A DNA stretch of 64,000 nucleotides, taken from the human T2T-CHM13v2.0 reference genome, Homo sapiens. The notes under the pieces were generated by a model. That model searched no databases. It saw only the letters and a list, made by a program, of their open reading frames with translations, and had not been told where the DNA came from. How positions within the stretch are numbered: position 1 is the stretch's first letter; every line of letters begins with the position of its first letter. A program made the translations under genes and the position numbers. The stretch lies in the NCBI RefSeq assembly GCF_009914755.1, contig NC_060925.1; one strand, 5' to 3'. Below, piece after piece: positions 54,647 to 64,000 of the stretch.

Positions 54647-55410
54647 CACAATCGTGTTGCTTAACAATGGGGGATATGTTGTGAAAAATGCACCCTTAGG
54701 CAAACATCAGAGAGTGTACTTACACAAATATAGATGGTATAGCCAATAAACAACTAGGCTATATGGTATAGATTATTGCTCCTAGGCTACAAACCTATAC
54801 AGCATGTTACTGTACTGAGTACTGTAGGCAACTAACACAATGGTAAGTGTGCATCTAAATGTATCTAAACATAAAGAAGGTACAGTAAAAATATGGCATA
54901 AAAGATAAAAAAGGTACACTTGTATAGGGCACTTACCATGAATAGAGCATGTAGGACTAGAAGTTGCTGTAGGTGTCAGTCAGTGAGTGGTGAGTGAATG
55001 GGAAGGCCTAGGACATTACTGTATACTACTGTAGAGTGTATAAACACTATACACTTGAATTACACTAAATTTATAAAAGAATTTCTTCCTCCAGTAAAAA
55101 TTAACTTTAGCTTACTGTAAATTTTTAGGTTTATAGACTTTTACATTTTTAAACTTTTTGACTCTCTTAATTAACACCTAGCTTAAAGCACGAACACATT
55201 GTATAGCTGAACACAAATATTTTTTTCTTTACATCATTACTCTGTAGGCTTTTTTCTGTTTTAAATTTTTTTAAAAAACTTTTTTTGTTAAAAATTAAAA
55301 CTAACACTAAAAAGTTTTTGTTAAACCAAGACAAATATCGCCTTCTACCTCCATATGTTGTCTCCCTCTAAGGGCTTCAGGGACAATAAAATGTATGGAG
55401 CTGACAGCTC
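54647..55410 (+). mobile_element. Tigger3 (Golem) fragment
   Basis: gagtgtacttacacaaa...gatggtatagcc...ctaggctacaaacct...gtgagtggtgagtgaatg. Confidence 0.8.
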
Positions 55411-55656
55411 CACATTATTGTGTGTGATTTTGGTGTCATATCAAAAAAATCATTGCCAATACCAGTGTGATGGAATTTTGATCATTTTAAAATGAAGTAG
55501 TTTGTCTTATTGAGTTTTAAGAATGCTTTATCTATTCTTCATTGTGAAAAATAGAATATTGGGAAATCGCTGTTTGGGTTGGTTTCTAGGATGACCATCT
55601 GTATGTAAGAAGTGAAATGAAGCAGAGATGAGAAAAGTCTTAGTATTTAATCAACA

Positions 55657-55666
55657 TTTATTTATT
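55657..55666 (-). terminator. HRNR: HRNR distal polyadenylation signal (overlapping AATAAATAAA)
   Basis: tttatttatt at 55657-55666, ~1 kb downstream of the stop, with T-rich sequence further downstream on the minus strand. Confidence 0.75.
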
Positions 55667-56642
55667 GTCAATTTTAATACAATCCGGTTGTTTGAATCCA
55701 AAGACTTGAAACAAATGTGTTACAGTCAAATTAAGGAACTATGTAGCAGTGACAGATACTCTTCCTTTTCATCTGGGCATGGATGATATTTTTTTAGGTG
55801 GAAACGTTATTGAACTACAGTAGTAGGTGGAAAGCATTGTATTTCCATGGAATAACTCCTCAATATATTTCCCAATATTGAGCAGCCTCTTAGAAATAGG
55901 GAGCAAGATCTTTCTGCTGAAAACAAGCTAAAGCCCACATTTGAATGTTTTTTTTTTTCCTGAAATGATAAATCCCTATTCTTTATGAAATAATGCTCTT
56001 GCTCACTGGCTTGGGAAAAGACCCTGATGCTACTTTTTTAGGCCACTAATTAACTTACTGATTAAATATATACCCAAGAAAAAGGACTTGATGGTTTTGA
56101 TAAGTAAAGACACTACCGCTGCTGCATCTTTGCTTTAAGAGCCTTCACCTTCTGCCACAATACCAAAAATTGGGACACACCAAACATGGGGCACACTAAA
56201 AATTAGGGTACACTAATTGCTGTAAAACAAAGCTTTGTATCTAGGACTGGTAATGCATTTGTAATATTTTGCTTTTAAGAAATGTAAGGTTAGCTTTGGC
56301 ACCATCTATAAATGAATGATGAGCTCTCAAAAAGACAACTCCAACTAAACCCAAAGCTCTTTAAAAGCTTTTCATTATTCCTCAAAGTTTAACCCTCATT
56401 CTAACAAGTTATTCCACTCAGTATTTTCTAACAAAGTAGCACAAATGCCTAACAGTCTTTGGAAGGAACCCCATAACAAGATATATGCTACAGTTTTAGG
56501 CTCTAAAGAAAGAGACAGAAATGCATTGATTCACTTTTAGAACGAATTTCATGATGGATTGCTTGTCTTTCATGATGAATTCATAGATGACTTTCCTATT
56601 TCTTAAATTGCTACTTGAGTAAATTGCATTTATGTTTATTAT

Positions 56643-59600
56643 TCACTGATAAAAGTAGCACCTCTGCTCTTGGACATATTCATAGGGTGAAGTGCTACTA
56701 GGAAAACTGAGAAAATATGAGCCAGAACTTCCCCCATCATGGTTACTTCCTCCTTTGCAATAAGAATACCCATCTTGCCCTGAGCCACTTCCATGCTGAC
56801 TATAACCAGAGGACTGTCCTGAGCCAGACCCATGTTGGCCGTAGCTGGAAGAGTGCCCGGAACCGGACCCATGTCGGCCGCGACTAGGAGACTGGCCAGA
56901 TCCAGAGCCCTGTTGGCCATAGCTAGAAGACTGACTTGAGCCAGAGCCATGCTGACCGTGGCTGGAAGACTGACCTGTGCTAGATCCCTCCTGGTCAAAG
57001 GTTGATGACTGTCCTGATGTAGAACCATGCTGTCCTTGGCTACAGAAGTGCCCTGAGCCACTACCATGCTGACTGTAAGCAGAGGAATGTCCTGAGCCAG
57101 ACTCATGTTGACCAAAGACAGAAGAGTGACCCAAGCGAGACTCATATGGGCCACGGCTGGAAGAACGACCTGAGCCAGACCCATGTTGGCCGTGGCTGGA
57201 GGAGTGCCCCAAACCGGACCCATGTCGGCCGTGGCTAGGGGACTGGCCAGATCCAGACCCTTGTCGGCTGTGGCCCGAAGACTGACGGGAGCCAGACCCA
57301 TGCTGACCATAGCGGGAAGACGAACCTGAGCTAGATCCGTGTCGTTCACCCCTAGATGACTGTCCTGATCTAGAGCCGTGTTGTCCGTAGCCAGAGGAGT
57401 GACCTGAGCCAGACCCATGCTGACTGTAACTAGAGGACTGCCCTGAGCTAGACTCGTGGTGACCAAAGCCAGAAGACTCGCCTAAGCCAGACCCATGTTG
57501 GCCACTGCTGGAAGACCGACCGGAGCCAGACCCATGTCGGCCATAGCTGGGAGACTGCCTTGACCCAGACCCACGCTGGCCGTGGCCTGGAGACTGGCCA
57601 GATCCAGAGCCCTGTCGGCCATAGCCAGAAGACTGACTTGAGCCAGAGCCATGCTGACCGTGGCTGGAAGACTGACCTGAGCTAGCTCCATGTTGGCCAC
57701 AGCTCGATGACTGTCCTGATGCAGAACCATGTTGCCCATGGGTAGAGGAATGACCTGAGCTAGATCCATGTTGACCGTAGCCAGAGGACTGTCCTGAGCG
57801 AGACTCTCGGTGACCTAAGCCAGAAGAGTGACCGGAGCCAGACTCATATGGGCCACGGCTGGAAGACCACCCTGAGCCAGACCCATATGGGCCGTAGCTG
57901 GAAGACTGCCCAGAACCAGACCCATGTCGGCCACGGCTAGGGCTAGGAGACTGGCCAGATCCAGACCCATGTTGGCCGTGGCCCAAAGACTGACGGGAGC
58001 CAGACCCATGCTGACCATAGCTGGAAGATGAACCTGAGCTAGATCCGTGTTGTTCACCCCTAGATGACTGTCCTGACCTAGAGCCGTGTTGTTCGTAGCT
58101 GGAGGAGTGACCTGAGCCAGATCCATGCTGAGTGTAACCAGAGGACTGCCATGAGCTAGACTCATGGTGACCAAATCCAGAAGACTGACCTGAGCCAGAC
58201 CCATGTCGGCCACTGCTGGAAGACCAACCGGAGCCAGACCCATGTTGGCCGTAGCTGGAAGAGTGCCCGGAACCGGACCCATGTCGGCCGCGACTAGGAG
58301 ACTGGCCAGATCCAGAGCCCTGTTGGCCATAGCTAGAAGACTGACTTGAGCCAGAGCCATGCTGACCGTGGCTGGAAGACTGACCTGTGCTAGATCCCTC
58401 CTGGTCAAAGGTTGATGACTGTCCTGATGTAGAACCATGCTGTCCTTGGCTACAGAAGTGCCCTGAGCCACTACCATGCTGACTGTAAGCAGAGGAATGT
58501 CCTGAGCCAGACTCATGTTGACCAAAGACAGAAGAGTGACCCGAGCGAGACTCATATGGGCCACGGCTGGAAGAACGACCTGAGCCAGACCCATGTTGGC
58601 TGTGGCTGGAGGAGTGCCCCAAACCGGACCCATGTCGGCCGCGGCTAGGGGACTGGCCAGATCCAGACCCTTGTCGGCCGTGGCCCGAAGACTGACGGGA
58701 GCCAGACCCATGCTGACCATAGCGGGAAGACGAACCTGAGCTAGATCCGTGTCGTTCACCCCTAGATGACTGTCCTGATCTAGAGCCGTGTTGTCCGTAG
58801 CCAGAGGAGTGACCTGAGCCAGACCCATGCTGACTGTAACTAGAGGACTGCCCTGAGCTAGACTCGTGGTGACCAAAGCCAGAAGACTCGCCTAAGCCAG
58901 ACCCATGTTGGCCACTGCTGGAAGACCGACCGGAGCCAGACCCATGTCGGCCGTAGCTGGGAGACTGCCTTGACCCAGACCCACGCTGGCCGTGGCCTGG
59001 AGACTGGCCAGATCCAGAGCCCTGTCGGCCATAGCCAGAAGACTGACTTGAGCCAGAGCCATGCTGACCGTGGCTGGAAGACTGACCTGAGCTAGCTCCA
59101 TGTTGGCCACAGCTCGATGACTGTCCTGATGTAGAACCATGTTGCCCATGGGTAGAGGAATGACCTGAGCTAGATCCATGTTGACCGTAGCCAGAGGACT
59201 GTCCTGAGCGAGACTCTCGGTGACCTAAGCCAGAAGAGTGACCGGAGCCAGACTCATATGGGCCACGGCTGGAAGACCACCCTGAGCCAGACCCATATGG
59301 GCCGTAGCTGGAAGACTGCCCAGAACCAGACCCATGTCGGCCACGGCTAGGGCTAGGAGACTGGCCAGATCCAGACCCATGTTGGCCGTGGCCCAAAGAC
59401 TGACGGGAGCCAGACCCATGCTGACCATAGCTGGAAGATGAACCTGAGCTAGATCCGTGTTGTTCACCCCTAGATGACTGTCCTGACCTAGAGCCGTGTT
59501 GTTCGTAGCTGGAGGAGTGACCTGAGCCAGATCCATGCTGAGTGTAACCAGAGAACTGCCATGAGCTAGACTCATGGTGACCAAATCCAGAAGACTGACC

Positions 59601-62600
59601 TGAGCCAGACCCATGTCGGCCACTGCTGGAAGACCAACCGGAGCCAGACCCATGTTGGCCGTAGCTGGAAGAGTGCCCGGAACCGGACCCATGTCGGCCG
59701 CGACTAGGAGACTGGCCAGATCCAGAGCCCTGTTGGCCATAGCTAGAAGACTGACTTGAGCCAGAGCCATGCTGACCGTGGCTGGAAGACTGACCTGTGC
59801 TAGATCCCTCCTGGTCAAAGGTTGATGACTGTCCTGATGTAGAACCATGCTGTCCTTGGCTACAGAAGTGCCCTGAGCCACTACCATGCTGACTGTAAGC
59901 AGAGGAATGTCCTGAGCCAGACTCATGTTGACCAAAGACAGAAGAGTGACCCGAGCGAGACTCATATGGGCCACGGCTGGAAGAACGACCTGAGCCAGAC
60001 CCATGTTGGCCGTGGCTGGAGGAGTGCCCCAAACCGGACCCATGTCGGCCGCGGCTAGGGGACTGGCCAGATCCAGACCCTTGTCGGCTGTGGCCCGAAG
60101 ACTGACGGGAGCCAGACCCATGCTGACCATAGCGGGAAGACGAACCTGAGCTAGATCCGTGTCGTTCACCCCTAGATGACTGTCCTGATCTAGAGCCGTG
60201 TTGTCCGTAGCCAGAGGAGTGACCTGAGCCAGACCCATGCTGACTGTAACTAGAGGACTGCCCTGAGCTAGACTCGTGGTGACCAAAGCCAGAAGACTCG
60301 CCTAAGCCAGACCCATGTTGGCCACTGGTGGAAGACCGACCGGAGCCAGACCCATGTCGGCCGTAGCTGGGAGACTGCCTTGACCCAGACCCACGCTGGC
60401 CGTGGCCTGGAGACTGGCCAGATCCAGAGCCCTGTCGGCCATAGCCAGAAGACTGACTTGAGCCAGAGCCATGCTGACCGTGGCTGGAAGACTGACCTGA
60501 GCTAGCTCCATGTTGGCCACAGCTCGATGACTGTCCTGATGTAGAACCATGTTGCCCATGGGTAGAGGAATGACCTGAGCTAGATCCATGTTGACCGTAG
60601 CCAGAGGACTGTCCTGAGCGAGACTCTCGGTGACCTAAGCCAGAAGAGTGACCGGAGCCAGACTCATATGGGCCACGGCTGGAAGACCACCCTGAGCCAG
60701 ACCCATATGGGCCGTAGCTGGAAGACTGCCCAGAACCAGACCCATGTCGGCCACGGCTAGGGCTAGGAGACTGGCCAGATCCAGACCCATGTTGGCCGTG
60801 GCCCAAAGACTGACGGGAGCCAGACCCATGCTGACCATAGCTGGAAGATGAACCTGAGCTAGATCCGTGTCGTTCACCCCTAGATGACTGTCCTGACCTA
60901 GAGCCGTGTTGTTCGTAGCTGGAGGAGTGACCTGAGCCAGATCCATGCTGAGTGTAACCAGAGGACTGCCATGAGCTAGACTCGTGGTGACCAAATCCAG
61001 AAGACTGACCTGAGCCAGACCCATGTCGGCCACTGCTGGAAGACCAACCGGAGCCAGACCCATGTTGGCCGTAGCTGGAAGAGTGCCCGGAACCGGACCC
61101 ATGTCGGCCGCGACTAGGAGACTGGCCAGATCCAGAGCCCTGTTGGCCATAGCTAGAAGACTGACTTGAGCCAGAGCCATGCTGACCGTGGCTGGAAGAC
61201 TGACCTGTGCTAGATCCCTCCTGGTCAAAGGTTGATGACTGTCCTGATGTAGAACCATGCTGTCCTTGGCTACAGAAGTGCCCTGAGCCACTACCATGCT
61301 GACTGTAAGCAGAGGAATGTCCTGAGCCAGACTCATGTTGACCAAAGACAGAAGAGTGACCCGAGCGAGACTCATATGGGCCACGGCTGGAAGAACGACC
61401 TGAGCCAGACCCATGTTGGCCGTGGCTGGAGGAGTGCCCCGAACCGGACCCATGTCGGCCGCGGTTAGGGGACTGGCCAGATCCAGACCCTTGTCGGCCG
61501 TGGCCCGAAGACTGACGGGAGCCAGACCCATGCTGACCATAGCGGGAAGACGAACCTGAGCTAGATCCGTGTCGTTCACCCCTAGATGACTGTCCTGATC
61601 TAGAGCCGTGTTGTCCGTAGCCAGAGGAGTGACCTGAGCCAGACCCATGCTGACTGTAACTAGAGGACTGCCCTGAGCTAGACTCGTGGTGACCAAAGCC
61701 AGAAGACTCGCCTAAGCCAGACCCATGTTGGCCACTGCTGGAAGACCGACCGGAGCCAGACCCATGTCGGCCGTAGCTGGGAGACTGCCTTGACCCAGAC
61801 CCACGCTGGCCGTGGCCTGGAGACTGGCCAGATCCAGAGCCCTGTCGGCCATAGCCAGAAGACTGACTTGAGCCAGAGCCATGCTGACCGTGGCTGGAAG
61901 ACTGACCTGAGCTAGCTCCATGTTGGCCACAGCTCGATGACTGTCCTGATGTAGAACCATGTTGCCCATGGGTAGAGGAATGACCTGAGCTAGATCCATG
62001 TTGACCGTAGCCAGAGGACTGTCCTGAGCGAGACTCTCGGTGACCTAAGCCAGAAGAGTGACCGGAGCCAGACTCATATGGGCCACGGCTGGAAGACCAC
62101 CCTGAGCCAGACCCATATGGGCCGTAGCTGGAAGACTGCCCAGAACCAGACCCATGTCGGCCACGGCTAGGGCTAGGAGACTGGCCAGATCCAGACCCAT
62201 GTTGGCCGTGGCCCAAAGACTGACGGGAGCCAGACCCATGCTGACCATAGCTGGAAGATGAACCTGAGCTAGATCCGTGTTGTTCACCCCTAGATGACTG
62301 TCCTGACCTAGAGCCGTGTTGTTCGTAGCTGGAGGAGTGACCTGAGCCAGATCCATGCTGAGTGTAACCAGAGAACTGCCATGAGCTAGACTCATGGTGA
62401 CCAAATCCAGAAGACTGACCTGAGCCAGACCCATGTCGGCCACTGCTGGAAGACCAACCGGAGCCAGACCCATGTTGGCCGTAGCTGGAAGAGTGCCCGG
62501 AACCGGACCCATGTCGGCCGCGACTAGGAGACTGGCCAGATCCAGAGCCCTGTTGGCCATAGCTAGAAGACTGACTTGAGCCAGAGCCATGCTGACCGTG

Positions 62601-64000
62601 GCTGGAAGACTGACCTGTGCTAGATCCCTCCTGGTCAAAGGTTGATGACTGTCCTGATGTAGAACCATGCTGTCCTTGGCTACAGAAGTGCCCTGAGCCA
62701 CTACCATGCTGACTGTAAGCAGAGGAATGTCCTGAGCCAGACTCATGTTGACCAAAGACAGAAGAGTGACCCGAGCGAGACTCATATGGGCCACGGCTGG
62801 AAGAACGACCTGAGCCAGACCCATGTTGGCCGTGGCTGGAGGAGTGCCCCAAACCGGACCCATGTCGGCCGCGGCTAGGGGACTGGCCAGATCCAGACCC
62901 TTGTCGGCTGTGGCCCGAAGACTGACGGGAGCCAGACCCATGCTGACCATAGCGGGAAGACGAACCTGAGCTAGATCCGTGTCGTTCACCCCTAGATGAC
63001 TGTCCTGATCTAGAGCCGTGTTGTCCGTAGCCAGAGGAGTGACCTGAGCCAGACCCATGCTGACTGTAACTAGAGGACTGCCCTGAGCTAGACTCGTGGT
63101 GACCAAAGCCAGAAGACTCGCCTAAGCCAGACCCATGTTGGCCACTGGTGGAAGACCGACCGGAGCCAGACCCATGTCGGCCGTAGCTGGGAGACTGCCT
63201 TGACCCAGACCCACGCTGGCCGTGGCCTGGAGACTGGCCAGATCCAGAGCCCTGTCGGCCATAGCCAGAAGACTGACTTGAGCCAGAGCCATGCTGACCG
63301 TGGCTGGAAGACTGACCTGAGCTAGCTCCATGTTGGCCACAGCTCGATGACTGTCCTGATGTAGAACCATGTTGCCCATGGGTAGAGGAATGACCTGAGC
63401 TAGATCCATGTTGACCGTAGCCAGAGGACTGTCCTGAGTGAGACTCTCGGTGACCTAAGCCAGAAGAGTGACCGGAGCCAGACTCATATGGGCCACGGCT
63501 GGAAGACCACCCTGAGCCAGACCCATATGGGCCGTAGCTGGAAGACTGCCCAGAACCAGACCCATGTCGGCCACGGCTAGGGCTAGGAGACTGGCCAGAT
63601 CCAGACCCATGTTGGCCGTGGCCCAAAGACTGACGGGAGCCAGACCCATGCTGACCATAGCTGGAAGATGAACCTGAGCTAGATCCGTGTCGTTCACCCC
63701 TAGATGACTGTCCTGACCTAGAGCCGTGTTGTTCGTAGCTGGAGGAGTGACCTGAGCCAGATCCATGCTGAGTGTAACCAGAGGACTGCCATGAGCTAGA
63801 CTCGTGGTGACCAAATCCAGAAGACTGACCTGAGCCAGACCCATGTCGGCCACTGCTGGAAGACCAACCGGAGCCAGACCCATGTTGGCCGTAGCTGGAA
63901 GAGTGCCCGGAACCGGACCCATGTCGGCCGCGACTAGGAGACTGGCCAGATCCAGAGCCCTGTTGGCCATAGCTAGAAGACTGACTTGAGCCAGAGCCAT
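56643..64000 (-). CDS. HRNR: Hornerin exon 3, 3' portion (~2450 codons visible; 5' end outside the window)
   Basis: G/S/Q/H-rich repeats (GQHGSGSGQSSSY); C-terminus SPYEYVQEQRCYFYQ* with TGA at 56645-56643. The ORF-track start at 63626 is an internal TTG; the frame stays open to the window edge. Confidence 0.98.
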   Translation of the reverse strand, partial: GSGSSQSSSYGQQGSGSGQSPSRGRHGSGSGHSSSYGQHGSGSGWSSSSGRHGSGSGQSSGFGHHESSSWQSSGYTQHGSGSGHSSSYEQHGSRSGQSSRGERHGSSSGSSSSYGQHGSGSRQSLGHGQHGSGSGQSPSPSRGRHGSGSGQSSSYGPYGSGSGWSSSRGPYESGSGHSSGLGHRESHSGQSSGYGQHGSSSGHSSTHGQHGSTSGQSSSCGQHGASSGQSSSHGQHGSGSSQSSGYGRQGSGSGQSPGHGQRGSGSRQSPSYGRHGSGSGRSSTSGQHGSGLGESSGFGHHESSSGQSSSYSQHGSGSGHSSGYGQHGSRSGQSSRGERHGSSSGSSSRYGQHGSGSRQSSGHSRQGSGSGQSPSRGRHGSGLGHSSSHGQHGSGSGRSSSRGPYESRSGHSSVFGQHESGSGHSSAYSQHGSGSGHFCSQGQHGSTSGQSSTFDQEGSSTGQSSSHGQHGSGSSQSSSYGQQGSGSGQSPSRGRHGSGSGHSSSYGQHGSGSGWSSSSGRHGSGSGQSSGFGHHESSSWQFSGYTQHGSGSGHSSSYEQHGSRSGQSSRGEQHGSSSGSSSSYGQHGSGSRQSLGHGQHGSGSGQSPSPSRGRHGSGSGQSSSYGPYGSGSGWSSSRGPYESGSGHSSGLGHRESRSGQSSGYGQHGSSSGHSSTHGQHGSTSGQSSSCGQHGASSGQSSSHGQHGSGSSQSSGYGRQGSGSGQSPGHGQRGSGSRQSPSYGRHGSGSGRSSSSGQHGSGLGESSGFGHHESSSGQSSSYSQHGSGSGHSSGYGQHGSRSGQSSRGERHGSSSGSSSRYGQHGSGSRQSSGHGRQGSGSGQSPNRGRHGSGSGHSSSHGQHGSGSGRSSSRGPYESRSGHSSVFGQHESGSGHSSAYSQHGSGSGHFCSQGQHGSTSGQSSTFDQEGSSTGQSSSHGQHGSGSSQSSSYGQQGSGSGQSPSRGRHGSGSGHSSSYGQHGSGSGWSSSSGRHGSGSGQSSGFGHHESSSWQSSGYTQHGSGSGHSSSYEQHGSRSGQSSRGERHGSSSGSSSSYGQHGSGSRQSLGHGQHGSGSGQSPSPSRGRHGSGSGQSSSYGPYGSGSGWSSSRGPYESGSGHSSGLGHRESRSGQSSGYGQHGSSSGHSSTHGQHGSTSGQSSSCGQHGASSGQSSSHGQHGSGSSQSSGYGRQGSGSGQSPGHGQRGSGSRQSPSYGRHGSGSGRSSTSGQHGSGLGESSGFGHHESSSGQSSSYSQHGSGSGHSSGYGQHGSRSGQSSRGERHGSSSGSSSRYGQHGSGSRQSSGHSRQGSGSGQSPSRGRHGSGLGHSSSHGQHGSGSGRSSSRGPYESRSGHSSVFGQHESGSGHSSAYSQHGSGSGHFCSQGQHGSTSGQSSTFDQEGSSTGQSSSHGQHGSGSSQSSSYGQQGSGSGQSPSRGRHGSGSGHSSSYGQHGSGSGWSSSSGRHGSGSGQSSGFGHHESSSWQFSGYTQHGSGSGHSSSYEQHGSRSGQSSRGEQHGSSSGSSSSYGQHGSGSRQSLGHGQHGSGSGQSPSPSRGRHGSGSGQSSSYGPYGSGSGWSSSRGPYESGSGHSSGLGHRESRSGQSSGYGQHGSSSGHSSTHGQHGSTSGQSSSCGQHGASSGQSSSHGQHGSGSSQSSGYGRQGSGSGQSPGHGQRGSGSRQSPSYGRHGSGSGRSSSSGQHGSGLGESSGFGHHESSSGQSSSYSQHGSGSGHSSGYGQHGSRSGQSSRGERHGSSSGSSSRYGQHGSGSRQSSGHGRQGSGSGQSPSRGRHGSGLGHSSSHSQHGSGSGRSSSRGPYESRSGHSSVFGQHESGSGHSSAYSQHGSGSGHFCSQGQHGSTSGQSSTFDQEGSSTGQSSSHGQHGSGSSQSSSYGQQGSGSGQSPSRGRHGSGSGHSSSYGQHGSGSGWSSSSGRHGSGSGQSSGFGHHESSSWQSSGYTQHGSGSGHSSSYEQHGSRSGQSSRGEQHGSSSGSSSSYGQHGSGSRQSLGHGQHGSGSGQSPSPSRGRHGSGSGQSSSYGPYGSGSGWSSSRGPYESGSGHSSGLGHRESRSGQSSGYGQHGSSSGHSSTHGQHGSASGQSSSCGQHGASSGQSSSHGQHGSGSSQSSGYGRQGSGSGQSPGHGQRGSGSRQSPSYGRHGSGSGRSSSSGQHGSGLGESSGFGHHESSSGQSSSYSQHGSGSGHSSGYGQHGSRSGQSSRGERHGSSSGSSSRYGQHGSGSRQSSGHSRQGSGSGQSPSHGRHGSGLGHSSSHGQHGSGSGRSSSRGPYESRLGHSSVFGQHESGSGHSSAYSQHGSGSGHFCSQGQHGSTSGQSSTFDQEGSSTGQSSSHGQHGSGSSQSSSYGQQGSGSGQSPSRGRHGSGSGHSSSYGQHGSGSGQSSGYSQHGSGSGQDGYSYCKGGSNHDGGSSGSYFLSFPSSTSPYEYVQEQRCYFYQ
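56821..64000 (-). repeat. HRNR: 1410-bp (470-aa) coding macro-repeat, 5.1 copies visible, built from ~39-aa/13-aa sub-repeats
   Basis: The same anchor gagccagacccatgttggccgtagctggaagagtgcccgg at 56821, 58231, 59641, 61051, 62461 and 63871. Confidence 0.98.

Noticed and set aside
56639-64000. Periodic 353-aa and 95-aa alternative-frame ORFs (LAQVSL-rich) within HRNR
   Set aside because: Shadow frames of a codon-biased repeat. They recur only because the 1410-bp unit recurs, and nothing indicates independent translation.
56821-64000. CRISPR-like array
   Set aside because: Coding tandem repeat with no unique spacers, in mammalian DNA

Overview
Human-type genomic DNA from the epidermal differentiation complex (S100 fused-type protein cluster, 1q21.3). 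The left end holds the 5' half of RPTN (repetin, minus strand): TATA promoter, non-coding exon 1, exon 2 and the start of exon 3. The right end holds the 3' part of HRNR (hornerin, minus strand): 3'UTR and more than 5 near-identical 1410-bp/470-aa repeat units, still open at the window edge. The ~53 kb between them has no credible protein-coding gene. It contains a CpG-island promoter at ~32.3-33.1 kb (probably FLG-AS1/CCDST lncRNA) flanked by CTCF motifs and a GRHL motif, plus many transposons (Cheshire, Tigger1, Tigger3, L1, Alu, ERV LTRs, a full-length SVA). Two observations stand out. (1) The SVA SINE-R carries a dense cluster of sense-strand A>G changes in ADAR-like contexts, suggesting a copy retrotransposed from a hyper-edited RNA. 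(2) The HRNR array has a 2820-bp dimeric higher-order structure and seems expanded relative to the canonical protein. Repeat subfamily calls and consensus comparisons are from memory and need RepeatMasker/Dfam confirmation. I found no evidence for a wholly new multi-gene system.
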